DNA of 63,232 bases, filler included, from Actinomycetota bacterium (lineage in GTDB: Bacteria; Actinomycetota; Actinomycetes; JAKEEW01), in NCBI GenBank assembly GCA_046725875.1. It is 5 parts of 5 records of this genome, joined end to end, with 100 filler letters (N's around TTAATTAATTAA, not from the genome) between each part and the next. Parts side by side here need not be neighbours in the genome. Positions count along the whole stretch, not along the records: positions 18,690 to 33,263 come from JBKOZJ010000185.1; 4 more parts are not named here. One strand, 5' to 3'. The notes below the pieces were generated by a model. That model had not been told where the DNA came from, searched no databases, and saw only the letters and a list, made by a program, of their open reading frames with translations. Both the position numbers and the translations under genes were made by a program. Below, piece by piece: positions 18,882 through 31,093 of the stretch. Position 1 is the stretch's first letter; every line of letters begins with the position of its first letter.

Positions 18882-20291
18882 ATGGCCCTTGACCCGAAGC
18901 TCATAAAGGAGAGCTTTGCCCTGGTGGAGGCACAGGGCAGCATCGTCATCGAGCACTTCTACGCGCATCTGTTCGCGCACCATCCCGATCTGCGCTGGAT
19001 GTTCCCCGCATCGATGAGTGGCCAGCGCGATCGGCTCTTTCGTGCACTCGCGGTCGTCGCACAACAGATCGACAATCTCGATGCGCTCACGCCGATCCTT
19101 GCTCAGCTTGGCCGCGACCACCGCAAGTTCGACGTGCTGCCCGAGCACTACGACGCGGTGGGGTCGAGCCTGCTGGCCACGCTCGAGCTGTTCGCGGGCG
19201 AGGCGTGGACGTCCGACGTCGCGGCCGCCTGGCAGGCGGCGTACGACCTCGCCGCCAAAACCATGCGCACCGCGGCCGTCGAGCTGGAGGCGGGAGCACC
19301 GCGCTACTGGCAGGCCAATGTAGTCGCACACCGACGACCAACGTGGGACATCGCGGTACTCACGCTGGAACCGCTGCCGGCACTTTCCTACACGCCGGGA
19401 CAGTACCTCACCGTCGAGACACCACAGTGGCCGCGGCTTTGGCGGTCGTACTCCATCGCGAACGCTCCCCGCGCCGACGGGACCATCGACCTCCACGTCC
19501 GCCAGGTCGATGGTGGCCAGGTCAGCTGGGCCTTGGTTGATGCGGTCAGGCCGGGAGACGCGCTTAAGCTCGGTCCGCCGGTCGGCTCGATGGTGCCCAC
19601 CGCGAGCCCGTGCGACTTAGTGCTGATCGCCGGCGGGACCGGACTCGCGCCGCTGAAGGCGATCATCGAGCATCTGGCGAGGCAAAGCGCCCAACGCGCA
19701 GTCCATCTTTTCGTCGGCGCGCGACACCCGGGGGACCTCTATGACCTGTCGGCGCTGCGAGAGCTTTCGCAACGCAACCGCTGGCTGTCGGTTACCCCTG
19801 TCATCTCGGGTGATCTCACCTACTCAGGCCTGCGTGGACCGGTTGGTGAAGTGGCGGCTGGACACCAGTCGTGGATCGGGTACGAGGCGTACGTCTGCGG
19901 CCCTCCTGCGATGGTGGCGGCTACCCGCCGTGCACTGGCAGAGGTCGGTGTAGCGGACATCCGCATCCATCACGAAGCGATACAGCTGGACCAGGAGGGC
20001 GAGGCAAGAAGGGCTCCGCTGGCACCGTCAGGCCAGCCAGTCGCGGCAGCTAGTCGGGAGCCGCTGCCATCGCGTGCCGCCGCTCACGAAGCAGCGCATG
20101 CGTCGGAGGCGTGGACCGTAGTACTACCCTCCCAGCGACCGGCCCAGCATGTCGGCCATGAGTGGAACGGCGCGCCGGAGGAAGATCCGCGGGTAAAGCT
20201 GGCCCGGATCCGAGAACTGATCGACCAACGCCGGAAGATGCGGATCGTCCATTCCACACAAGCAAGAGCTTCTAGGCGGACCATGATCTAG
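18882..20291 (+). CDS. Flavohemoprotein (globin + FAD/NAD-binding reductase)
   Basis: FY..LF..HP....F, LGRDHRKF (proximal His), PGQY, RSYS, AGGTGLAP, YVCGPPAM. Confidence 0.9.
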   Translation: MALDPKLIKESFALVEAQGSIVIEHFYAHLFAHHPDLRWMFPASMSGQRDRLFRALAVVAQQIDNLDALTPILAQLGRDHRKFDVLPEHYDAVGSSLLATLELFAGEAWTSDVAAAWQAAYDLAAKTMRTAAVELEAGAPRYWQANVVAHRRPTWDIAVLTLEPLPALSYTPGQYLTVETPQWPRLWRSYSIANAPRADGTIDLHVRQVDGGQVSWALVDAVRPGDALKLGPPVGSMVPTASPCDLVLIAGGTGLAPLKAIIEHLARQSAQRAVHLFVGARHPGDLYDLSALRELSQRNRWLSVTPVISGDLTYSGLRGPVGEVAAGHQSWIGYEAYVCGPPAMVAATRRALAEVGVADIRIHHEAIQLDQEGEARRAPLAPSGQPVAAASREPLPSRAAAHEAAHASEAWTVVLPSQRPAQHVGHEWNGAPEEDPRVKLARIRELIDQRRKMRIVHSTQARASRRTMI

Positions 20292-20344
20292 TCGCCAGTT
20301 GCGAGCGGCGAACGGGCGCCAATCCGGCAAGGTACTGTCTCCCA

Positions 20345-20392
20345 GGGCCCCCCGCGAAAGCGGGGAGCGCCGGTGGAGCGCTTTCGTGGGTG
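20345..20392 (+). repeat. REP-like palindrome, family A copy 1
   Basis: GGGCCCCCCGCGAAAGCG-loop-CGCTTTCGTGGGTG. Confidence 0.6.
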
Positions 20393-20456
20393 AAGTGGGC
20401 CTCATAGCGGCGCTACATGGGCCAACGAGAACGCGGCCGCGCGGCGTCCTGGTACT

Positions 20457-20494
20457 CACCCCGCGAAAACGTTGCGGGTCTTAGCGGGGACCCC
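20457..20494 (-). repeat. REP-like palindrome, family A copy 2
   Basis: Minus strand GGGGTCCCCGCTAAGAC-loop-GTTTTCGCGGGGTG. Confidence 0.6.
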
Positions 20495-20531
20495 GGGGCG
20501 CCGGACAGCAGAGCGAGCAAATCAGAGGGCG

Positions 20532-21383
20532 TTACTTGTAGACGTAGAAGCCGCGGCCGGCTTTGCGGCCGATGTCGCCGGCCGTGACCATCCGGGACAG
20601 CAGTTCGGGCGGGAAGAACTTCTCGTCCTTGGTCTCGTCGTAGATGTTCAGCGTCGCATGGCGGAGGATGTCCACCCCGGTCATGTCGACCGTCGCAAGC
20701 GGTCCCATCGGGTGGCCGAAGCCGAGCTTGCAGGCTGTGTCTATGTCCTCGGCCGAGGCGACGCCCAACTCATAGAGCCGCACCGCCTCCATGGCGAGCG
20801 CGCAGATCAGCCGGGTTGTAACAAAGCCGGCTACGTCCTTGTTCACGACGACACATGTCTTGCCGATCGACTCCGCGAAGTCCCGAGCAGCTGCCAAAGT
20901 CTCGTCCGACGTCTTCAGTCCGCGGACCAGCTCACACAGCTTCATCAACGGCACCGGAGAGAAGAAGTGCGTGCCGACAACTCGGTCGGGCCGGCCAGTA
21001 ACCGAAGCGATCCGCGTGATGGGGATCGCCGAGGTGTTCGTCGCGAGCACGGCGTCGTCCCGGCAAATCCGGTCGAGGGCGCGGAACACCTCGTGCTTGA
21101 CGTCGATCTGTTCGAAGACCGCCTCGACCACCAGTTCCGCATCGGCCACCCCATCCAAATCGGGTGTGGCATGGATCCGCCCGAGCGCCGCAGCGGCTTC
21201 CTCGCCGGTCATCCGGTCCCTCTCGACGAACTTGGCGTATGACCTCTCGATCGCCGCACGCCCGCGGTCGAGGGCGTCCGCGGCCGCGTCCTGCATTACC
21301 ACTTCATAGCCTGCCTGCGCGGCGACCTGGGCGATTCCCGACCCCATCAACCCCGCACCGATCACCGCAATCTTCTTCGGCAC
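20532..21383 (-). CDS. 3-hydroxyacyl(butyryl)-CoA dehydrogenase
   Basis: GAGLMGSGIA, VEAVFE, NTS, GTHFFSPVP, GHPMGPL, G.K.G.GFY. Confidence 0.95.
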   Translation of the reverse strand: MPKKIAVIGAGLMGSGIAQVAAQAGYEVVMQDAAADALDRGRAAIERSYAKFVERDRMTGEEAAAALGRIHATPDLDGVADAELVVEAVFEQIDVKHEVFRALDRICRDDAVLATNTSAIPITRIASVTGRPDRVVGTHFFSPVPLMKLCELVRGLKTSDETLAAARDFAESIGKTCVVVNKDVAGFVTTRLICALAMEAVRLYELGVASAEDIDTACKLGFGHPMGPLATVDMTGVDILRHATLNIYDETKDEKFFPPELLSRMVTAGDIGRKAGRGFYVYK

Positions 21384-21502
21384 CGACGTCTCCTCACTCG
21401 TCCAAGCCCGTACCGGGCGTGGCGATGCTACCTGCTGCGGACCCAGTGATCATTGGGTACCAAGCGAGCGAAGATCTCGTGGGGGTGTCTAGGCTCGAAC
21501 CC

Positions 21503-22078
21503 ATGGTCAACCTCACGCGGATCTACACCAAGACCGGCGACGACGGCACGACCAACCTGGGCGACTTCTCGCGTACGAGCAAGAACGACCCCCGGCTGAT
21601 CGCCTACGCCGACGTGGACGAGGCGAACTCGGCGATCGGGGTGGCGCTCACACTCGGCGATCTTCCGGTGGAAATCGCGGGGTTGCTGACCCGAATCCAG
21701 CACGACCTCTTCGACGTGGGCGCCGACCTCTGCACTCCGGTCGTACTAAACCCGGAGCACGAGCCGTTGCGGGTCGAGGAGGCGTACGTCGAAAGGCTCG
21801 AGGCGGCCTGCGACGAGTACAACGAGCGCCTCACCAAGCTGCGCAGCTTCATCCTGCCCGGCGGCACGCCGGGCGCCGCGTTGCTGCATCTCGCCCGGAC
21901 TGTGGTACGGCGGGCGGAGCGGAGTGCCTGGACGGCGATCGAGATGTACGGGGAGACGATGAGCCCGCTCACCGCCAAATACCTGAACCGGCTGTCCGAC
22001 TTGTTGTTCATCCTCGCGCGGTCGGCGAACGCCGAGCGCGGTGACGTCCTGTGGGAACCCGGCGCCAACCGAACCTGA
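21503..22078 (+). CDS. Cob(I)alamin adenosyltransferase, PduO type
   Basis: IYTKTGDDGTT, VDEANS, FILPGG, RTVVRRAER, YLNRLSD. Confidence 0.95.
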   Translation: MVNLTRIYTKTGDDGTTNLGDFSRTSKNDPRLIAYADVDEANSAIGVALTLGDLPVEIAGLLTRIQHDLFDVGADLCTPVVLNPEHEPLRVEEAYVERLEAACDEYNERLTKLRSFILPGGTPGAALLHLARTVVRRAERSAWTAIEMYGETMSPLTAKYLNRLSDLLFILARSANAERGDVLWEPGANRT

Positions 22079-22083
22079 CGAGG

Positions 22084-22130
22084 CACCACGAGGTTTTGCT
22101 CGCTTCGCTCCAAAACTTCGCGGGGACCCC
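22084..22130 (-). repeat. REP-like palindrome, family A copy 3
   Basis: Minus strand GGGGTCCCCGCGAAGTTTTG-GAGCGAAGCGAG-CAAAACCTCGTGGTG. Confidence 0.7.
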
Positions 22131-22204
22131 GCCGTTGTGGCTGAGGCCAGTAGGAATCAGCACGGTGGCCGCTGGGTCAGACGGCGGGTCGAACAGCTGG
22201 TGAC

Positions 22205-22636
22205 CTAGGCGACGAGGTGGTGGCCGGGCGGGGCGGCCTCGAGCCAGGCGAGGAAGCCGGTCATCGCGTCCGGGCTCATCGCGAGCTCCAGCGGCCGGCC
22301 GGCGTCGCCGCACTCCACCACGATCGATCCGGGCAACAGGGCCATGACCTCCGGCCCCTTCGGGGCACGTCGTCCGCGCACCGAGAGATCACGTCGCGGG
22401 ATCGACCGGTGTGGGCGCAGCGAGAAGCTGAAGACCCGGTACCACTCCAAGCCGTCGTTGCGGTAACGCGCGATGCCGTAGACCCAGCCCTGACCGTGCC
22501 TCTTGACTTTTAGTCGCATGCTGCAGTCGAAGGTGCCGCCTTGGCGGCGGAGGATCCGCCGACGGATGGCAAGACCGGCGAAGGCAAGCACCGCGAGTGC
22601 GAGCAGCAGGCCCAGAGCCCAGGCGATCTGCGTCAA
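22205..22636 (-). CDS. DUF2550 family membrane protein
   Basis: N-terminal TM, GGTFDCS, GW..G.ARY, WYRVFS, GFLAWLEAAPPG; usual position after atpC. Confidence 0.9.
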   Translation of the reverse strand: MTQIAWALGLLLALAVLAFAGLAIRRRILRRQGGTFDCSMRLKVKRHGQGWVYGIARYRNDGLEWYRVFSFSLRPHRSIPRRDLSVRGRRAPKGPEVMALLPGSIVVECGDAGRPLELAMSPDAMTGFLAWLEAAPPGHHLVA

Positions 22637-22677
22637 GCCGGCCCCCTCATGCTTCGCCGCCGCCCGCCGCAGTCGCC

Positions 22678-23061
22678 TTAGTGCACCACGCCGGCTGCCC
22701 GCAGGCGGGTCTCGGCCCGCTTTTGGGCGGCGACGTCGGCTTGGTCGCCGGCCGCGCGCTCCCGCTCGAGATCCTCCTCGGCGCGCGCCACGTCGATCTC
22801 CTCGGCGAGCTCGGCGACCTCAGCGAGGATCGAGACGTTGTTCTCGGCCACCGAGAGGAAGCCGCCGTGGACCGCGGCCATGATCGTGTCACCCTCGACC
22901 GGGTCGATTCGCACCGGCCCAGACTCGAGCACGCCCAGGACCGGGATGTGCCCGGGCAAAATGCCGATCTCACCGTCGAGCGTGCGCGCGATCACCATGC
23001 GCGCATCTCCAGACCAGATCTCGCGATCTGGCGCAACTAGCTCGACGTGCAGCTGTGCCAC
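22678..23061 (-). CDS. atpC: ATP synthase epsilon subunit
   Basis: LHVELVAPDREIWSG, GEIGILPGH, HGGFLSV. Confidence 0.97.
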   Translation of the reverse strand: MAQLHVELVAPDREIWSGDARMVIARTLDGEIGILPGHIPVLGVLESGPVRIDPVEGDTIMAAVHGGFLSVAENNVSILAEVAELAEEIDVARAEEDLERERAAGDQADVAAQKRAETRLRAAGVVH

Positions 23062-23226
23062 AAAGGCTCCTACAACCGTGTTGCCTGTCGAGTCGAAAGG
23101 AGCATTTGCCCCCTCCGCAATTCCCCACACTTGGTCCGAGGATATCGAGCGGCCGCCTGCATGCGTCTTTGGCCTACGCGAGCGCGAAGCAACCGCTCGA
23201 TATCGCTCCTCGAGCTACGAGGCCTT

Positions 23227-25577
<2,351 letters not shown>

Positions 25578-25589
25578 GCGATGCCGTCC

Positions 25590-27251
25590 CTACTGCTGCT
25601 GTTGCTGGGGCGGGCGACGAACGTGCTTGCGTACCTTCTCCTGCCCGATCTCGGCCTCGTCCAGTGCCTCCACCGGCTCGTCTTTCACCAGCAGCTCGCC
25701 TGAGCTGGTCTCGAACTGCTGCTTAAACGTGTTGATCGCGTCTTCCAGCGCGACGGTCGTGTCGTCGCTCAGCTGGCCGGTCTCGGCGATCGTGTCGAGC
25801 AGGGCCTTGTGCTCCCGCCGCAGGTAGTCAAGGAACTCGCTCTCGAACCGGTGGATGTCCTCGACCGGTACCTCGTCGAGCTTGCCCGAGGTGCCAGCCC
25901 AGAGCGAGACGACCTGCTCCTGCACTGGAAACGGCGTGTACTGCGGCTGCTTGAGCAGCTCCACCATTCGGGCCCCGCGGTCGAGCTGGGCCCGGGACGC
26001 CGCATCGAGATCGGAGCCGAAGGCCGCGAACGACTCGAGCTCGCGATACTGCGCGAGGTCGAGCCGGAGCCGGCCGGCGACCTGCCTCATCGCTCTGACC
26101 TGTGCCGCGCCGCCGACCCTGGAGACCGAAATGCCGACGTTGATCGCCGGCCGGACGCCCTGATTGAACAAGTCCGACTCAAGGAAGCACTGGCCGTCGG
26201 TGATCGAGATGACGTTGGTCGGGATATAGGCCGAGATGTCGTTCGCCTTCGTCTCGACGATCGGCAGACCGGTCAGCGAGCCGCCGCCCATGTCGTCGGA
26301 GAGCTTGGCGCACCGTTCGAGCAACCGCGAGTGCAGGTAGAAGATGTCGCCGGGGTACGCCTCGCGGCCCGGCGGACGGCGCAGCAGCAGCGACACGGCG
26401 CGGTAGGCCTCGGCCTGCTTGGAGAGATCGTCGAAGACGATCAGGACGTGCTTGCCCTGATACATCCAGTGCTGCCCGATGGCGGAGCCTGTGTACGGCG
26501 CAAGGTACTTGAAGCCCGACGGTACGGAAGCGGGCGCGGCCACGATGGTCGTGTAGTCCATCGCACCGTTCTCCTCCAATGCGCCCTTGACCTGTGCGAT
26601 CGTCGACCCCTTCTGGCCGATTGCGACGTAGATGCAGCGCACCTGCTTCTGTGGGTCGCCCGACGCCCAGTTCTCCCGCTGGTTGATGATCGTGTCGACG
26701 CAGATCGCGGTCTTGCCGGTCTGCCGGTCGCCGATGATCAGCTGGCGCTGCCCCCGCCCAATCGCCGTCATCGAGTCGATCGCCTTGATCCCGGTCTGCA
26801 GCGCTTGGTTCACCGGCTGCCGCTGAACGACGCTCGGTGCCTGCACCTCGAGCTCCCGCCGCCCCTCGATCGGCTCGATCGGCCCGAGCCCATCGATCGG
26901 ATTGCCCAGCGGGTCGATCGTCCGGCCGAGGTAGCCATCGCCGACCGGCACCGAGAGGACCTCCCCAGTCCGGCGCACCGTCTGCCCCTCGTCGATGCCG
27001 GCGAACTCGCCGAGGATCACCACGCCGATCTCGCGGACGTCGAGGTTGAGCGCGAGGCCGAGAGTGCCGTCCTCGAACTCGAGCAGCTCGTTGGTCATTG
27101 TCGAGGGCAGGCCCTCCACGTGCGCGATGCCGTCACCGGCGTCGGTGACCTGGCCGATCTCCTCGCGCGCGGCCGCCTCGGGCCGATACGACTCGACGAA
27201 ACGCGAGAGCGCGTCCCGGATCTCGTCCGGACGGATCGTGAGCTCCGCCAT
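25590..27251 (-). CDS. atpA: ATP synthase alpha subunit
   Basis: [26 protein letters not shown]. Confidence 0.99.
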   Translation of the reverse strand: MAELTIRPDEIRDALSRFVESYRPEAAAREEIGQVTDAGDGIAHVEGLPSTMTNELLEFEDGTLGLALNLDVREIGVVILGEFAGIDEGQTVRRTGEVLSVPVGDGYLGRTIDPLGNPIDGLGPIEPIEGRRELEVQAPSVVQRQPVNQALQTGIKAIDSMTAIGRGQRQLIIGDRQTGKTAICVDTIINQRENWASGDPQKQVRCIYVAIGQKGSTIAQVKGALEENGAMDYTTIVAAPASVPSGFKYLAPYTGSAIGQHWMYQGKHVLIVFDDLSKQAEAYRAVSLLLRRPPGREAYPGDIFYLHSRLLERCAKLSDDMGGGSLTGLPIVETKANDISAYIPTNVISITDGQCFLESDLFNQGVRPAINVGISVSRVGGAAQVRAMRQVAGRLRLDLAQYRELESFAAFGSDLDAASRAQLDRGARMVELLKQPQYTPFPVQEQVVSLWAGTSGKLDEVPVEDIHRFESEFLDYLRREHKALLDTIAETGQLSDDTTVALEDAINTFKQQFETSSGELLVKDEPVEALDEAEIGQEKVRKHVRRPPQQQQQ

Positions 27252-27320
27252 CTCTTGTTGCTCCAAACTCTGTGTTTCGTTGTCAGTTCAGGTCATTTTG
27301 TATGGGAAAGGGCGCCGCGG

Positions 27321-28139
27321 TCAGCCGGTCATCCCGCGTCGCGCGTCGTCCAGCCTGGTTGCGACGGTGCCGTCGATGACCTCGTCGCCCACCTGCACGC
27401 TGATCCCGCCCACGACGTCTTTGTCAATGATGATGTTCAGCTGGACTTCGTGGCCATAGATCCGCTGCAGGGCTGCGGCGAGCCGCTGCCGCTGCTCGTC
27501 GGTGAGCGGGCGGGCCACCCGGACCAGCGCGACGACCTGGCGTCGGTAGGTCGCGGCGAGCTCCGCATACTCCTCGAGCACCACATCGAGCCTACGCCCA
27601 CGTGGCTGGGTCACCACCTGCTCGATCAGCCGCATCGTCGCTGGCTCGACCTTGCCTTCCAGGAGAGACCGAACCAGCTCGGCCTTCCGCTCGGCGGGGA
27701 TGGTGGGATCGGCAAGCACGCCGCGTAGCTCGGGATTGCCGTTGACGACCCGGCCAAACCGAAACAGCGTGTCCTCAAGGTCGTCGATATAGCCGCCGCG
27801 CTCCGCCTCGCCGACGCTCGCCAACACGGAGAGGGTCTCGATGGCGTCGGCCAGGTCGCGGGCGCGGGACCAGGGCGCGGCGGCGGTGTCGGCGACGATG
27901 CCGACGGCCTGTTCGCCGACCCGGCCCTCGAGCAGCGCTCGCACGAGCGCTGATTTCCGCTCACCACTCGCCGCCGGGTCGGTAAGGACCCGGCGCAGCG
28001 AGATCTCCCGGTCGAGCAGCCCGACCACCGCAGCGAGGTCCTCGGCGATCTGGCCAGCGGTCTCCGGCGCGGCCCGGCCGACCAGCCGTTCGAGCCTGCG
28101 CTGCGCGTCGGCGAGCGAGTCCCTGCTGACACCTTGCAT
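27321..28139 (-). CDS. atpH: ATP synthase delta subunit (long actinobacterial form)
   Basis: MQGVSRDSL, WS..RDL.DA.E, VGDEVIDGTV. Confidence 0.97.
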   Translation of the reverse strand: MQGVSRDSLADAQRRLERLVGRAAPETAGQIAEDLAAVVGLLDREISLRRVLTDPAASGERKSALVRALLEGRVGEQAVGIVADTAAAPWSRARDLADAIETLSVLASVGEAERGGYIDDLEDTLFRFGRVVNGNPELRGVLADPTIPAERKAELVRSLLEGKVEPATMRLIEQVVTQPRGRRLDVVLEEYAELAATYRRQVVALVRVARPLTDEQRQRLAAALQRIYGHEVQLNIIIDKDVVGGISVQVGDEVIDGTVATRLDDARRGMTG

Positions 28140-28141
28140 GA

Positions 28142-28774
28142 TCAGGTACCCTGCCCCTCACTGCTTGGGACGCTTGCCGTTCCATCGCCCGATCCGGAGG
28201 CGCCGGCCCCGGTCCGTACACCGGCGCCATCGCCCTGAGCGGTGGTCTGCTCGAGCTCTTCGAGGAATCGGTCGACCACTCGGCGCTGCCGGGCATCGTC
28301 CTCGAGCGCCTCGCCGACCACCCGACCGGCGAGGCTCACCGAGAGCTGGCCGATCTGCTCCATCAACTGGGCGATGGCCACCCTCCGGTCTGCCTCGATC
28401 TGCTGGTGCGCAGCGTCGGTAATGCGGCGCGCCTCGGCCTGGGCCTGCTCCCGCAGCTCGGCGATGATGGCCGCTCCCTGCTCGCGGGCCTCCTCACGCA
28501 GCCGGGCCGCCTCGTGGCGCGCATCGGCGAGCTGTGTGCGGTACTGCTCGAGCGTGCGCTGTGCTTCCGCCTGCGCCTCCTCGGCGCGCTTGATGCCGCC
28601 GTCGATTTTGTCAGTGCGCTCCTCGAGCGTCTTGCGGATGTTCGGCAGGAGGATCTTGGAGAGGACGTAGAGAACGACCAGGAATGCAAGGCCGCCCACG
28701 ACGAGTTCCGCGGTGTCCGGGAGAAGTGGGTTCGGGTTCGACTCCTCCTGAGCCCGCAGCAGAGCCTTGATCAT
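28142..28774 (-). CDS. atpF: ATP synthase b subunit
   Basis: NPLLP + TM + long coiled coil, VVDRFLEEL. Confidence 0.97.
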   Translation of the reverse strand: MIKALLRAQEESNPNPLLPDTAELVVGGLAFLVVLYVLSKILLPNIRKTLEERTDKIDGGIKRAEEAQAEAQRTLEQYRTQLADARHEAARLREEAREQGAAIIAELREQAQAEARRITDAAHQQIEADRRVAIAQLMEQIGQLSVSLAGRVVGEALEDDARQRRVVDRFLEELEQTTAQGDGAGVRTGAGASGSGDGTASVPSSEGQGT

Positions 28775-28807
28775 GGTATTACGCGCCTTTTCTGTGGACT
28801 GGTCTTG

Positions 28808-29116
<309 letters not shown>

Positions 29117-29944
29117 CTAGTGCGCCTCTTCCAGTGCGCCGCCGATATAGCTGGCCGCCAGGAGCGTGAAGATGAAGGCCTGCAGGGCCTGGATCAGCAG
29201 TTCGAAGGCCGTCATCACCACCGTCATCACCGCGCCCAGGATTCCGACGCCGAAACCGAGCACGGTCGGTTTCTCCACCAGGAAATGCCACGCGGTGACG
29301 GCGAACAGCGCGAGGAGCAGATGCCCGGCGAACATATTTGCGAACAACCGGACCGAGTGCGTGAACGGGCGGACGATCAGGTTCGACGCGAACTCGATCG
29401 GGATGATGAGCGGATAAATGCCGATCGGCAGCCCGCGGGGGATCATGTTGCTGAAGAACTTGCCGGCACCGTACGCTCTGATACCCACGCCGATCCAGGT
29501 CACGTACACGATCCCGGCCAGGACCGCCGGAAAGGCGAACCTAGAGGTAACCGGGAATTGCACGAAGGGTATGACCGCCGCGAGGTTGAAGATCCAGATC
29601 AGGAAGAAGAGCGACACGAGGAACGGCACGTACTTGTCGCCCCTCCTGCCGATGAGGTTTCGCGCGATGTCGTCTCGCACGAACAGGTAACCGACCTCGG
29701 CAATATTCTGCATGCCCCTTGGCACGATTTGCGGCTTGCTGAACGCGGCCCAGAAGAGCGCGATGAGCACGCCCGACAGGACGACGGCCAGCAGCATCGG
29801 CTTGGTGACGCCGACCGGGCCGATATGGAAGAGCGGCTCCCACTCGAACAGCCCTAGGCCGGGCGCCTGGAACTCATCCGCGGCCAGCAGCCGGGTGGTC
29901 TCGCCGGCCGGTGCCGCCCCCGCCTCCAGTACGAGCGCGCTCAT
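29117..29944 (-). CDS. atpB: ATP synthase a subunit
   Basis: RLFANMFAGH, LQAFIFTLL. Confidence 0.98.
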   Translation of the reverse strand: MSALVLEAGAAPAGETTRLLAADEFQAPGLGLFEWEPLFHIGPVGVTKPMLLAVVLSGVLIALFWAAFSKPQIVPRGMQNIAEVGYLFVRDDIARNLIGRRGDKYVPFLVSLFFLIWIFNLAAVIPFVQFPVTSRFAFPAVLAGIVYVTWIGVGIRAYGAGKFFSNMIPRGLPIGIYPLIIPIEFASNLIVRPFTHSVRLFANMFAGHLLLALFAVTAWHFLVEKPTVLGFGVGILGAVMTVVMTAFELLIQALQAFIFTLLAASYIGGALEEAH

Positions 29945-30074
29945 GACCGCTCACCGCGCCCTGGCGCCATTCGTACTCCCTCGAGATCGGATTGGATCCG
30001 TTCTGGGCGGCCGGGTCGGGGCGGCGCCCCACGCGGCACAGTTTGCGTTCCCCGGACGGCCGGCGGACGCACGG

Positions 30075-30293
30075 CTATGGCCGGGAGTACCGCACATACG
30101 CGAGGTAGATGCCCAGCCCGGACCCACCGAGGATGCCGACCACGGTCAACAACGGGTCGGTTCCCAGCCAGCGGTCGAGCAACCAACCGACGCCCCCCCA
30201 CACCAGAATCCCCGAGAGCACATAGCTGAAGATCCCCCACCCGATGTTCTGCGGATCGCGTTGATGCTGCCCGTCCGGCCGATCCGTACCCAT
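30075..30293 (-). CDS. AtpZ/ATPase gene-1 family small membrane protein
   Basis: SYVLSGILVWGGVGWLLDRWLGT; lies before atpB. Confidence 0.85.
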   Translation of the reverse strand: MGTDRPDGQHQRDPQNIGWGIFSYVLSGILVWGGVGWLLDRWLGTDPLLTVVGILGGSGLGIYLAYVRYSRP

Positions 30294-30388
30294 GTGCCAC
30301 CCCGTGAGCCATTCGCTCAGGTTTCCAGTGACTGTCTGAAAGCAGGCTGGGAGCCCCGCGGAACCCCACGGCGATCAGCCACGAGGAC

Positions 30389-30437
30389 GGGATCCCGGCG
30401 AGGTTTTGGAGCGCAGCGATCAAAACGACGTGGGGTG
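30389..30437 (+). repeat. REP-like palindrome, family A copy 4
   Basis: GGGATCCCGGCGAGGTTTTG-GAGCGCAGCGAT-CAAAACGACGTGGGGTG, closely similar to copy 3. Confidence 0.7.
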
Positions 30438-30471
30438 CCGACAGCCGCCGCTGGGCCGGGCGAGGCAATGC

Positions 30472-30876
30472 TCAACCCTCCCGGCCAGGCTCGACGTACA
30501 GCATCTTTTCCCGGCTGAACGCGCGCAGTTGGAAGATCATCCAGGCGAGGGTGCAGACGATGACGGACCAGCCGAGCGCCCGGGTGTCCAGCGCGGAAAC
30601 GTCCTTGACCAAGACGATGAAGACCCCGACCACGATGAGCTGCACGAGGTAGGTGCCGAGCGCGATCGGCAACAGCATCATCGGGTTGTTCCGGCCGAGG
30701 CGGGCGAGGGTAATCCAGCCAGCGGCGAAGAAGGCGATGACCACGGCCCCCCCGACGAGCGCCCCGACCAGCCCGTCGGCGCCCGACACGACGGCGGCGA
30801 CGAGCGCAACCACCGCGGCGACTACCGCTGTGGGAATCGCGGCGCCGCGGAGGATCCGGGCGTCGTGTGCCTGCAT
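30472..30876 (-). CDS. atpI: ATP synthase protein I
   Basis: 4-TM protein MQAHDARIL...KMLYVEP, first gene of the atp operon. Confidence 0.85.
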   Translation of the reverse strand: MQAHDARILRGAAIPTAVVAAVVALVAAVVSGADGLVGALVGGAVVIAFFAAGWITLARLGRNNPMMLLPIALGTYLVQLIVVGVFIVLVKDVSALDTRALGWSVIVCTLAWMIFQLRAFSREKMLYVEPGREG

Positions 30877-30967
30877 ACGCGCAAGTCTCCGGCAAGGTCG
30901 GCGGCTGGTGCGCGGCTACGACACTAGAGCGCCGCGCTCGGGGGGTTGTCGGGAACTGTCCTAACGC

Positions 30968-30985
30968 TCGTGAAAACTATCACAA
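30968..30985. promoter_or_regulatory. Rex/CRP-type operator upstream of the atp operon
   Basis: TCGTGAAAACTATCACAA versus Rex TTGTGAA-N4-TTCACAA and CRP TGTGA-N6-TCACA. Confidence 0.65.
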
Positions 30986-31093
30986 GCTCTTGGTCCGCCT
31001 CTCGGCGACCCCTCGCCACACCGGCACGCGGATCTTCATTCCATGGGTTGCACCCCGCGACGAACACGAACATATGTACTGGTCAGCGCGACC

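Noticed and set aside
31066..31081. CGAACATATGTACT, a partial SOS box before the atp operon
   Set aside because: Two mismatches in the right half-site and an implausible target
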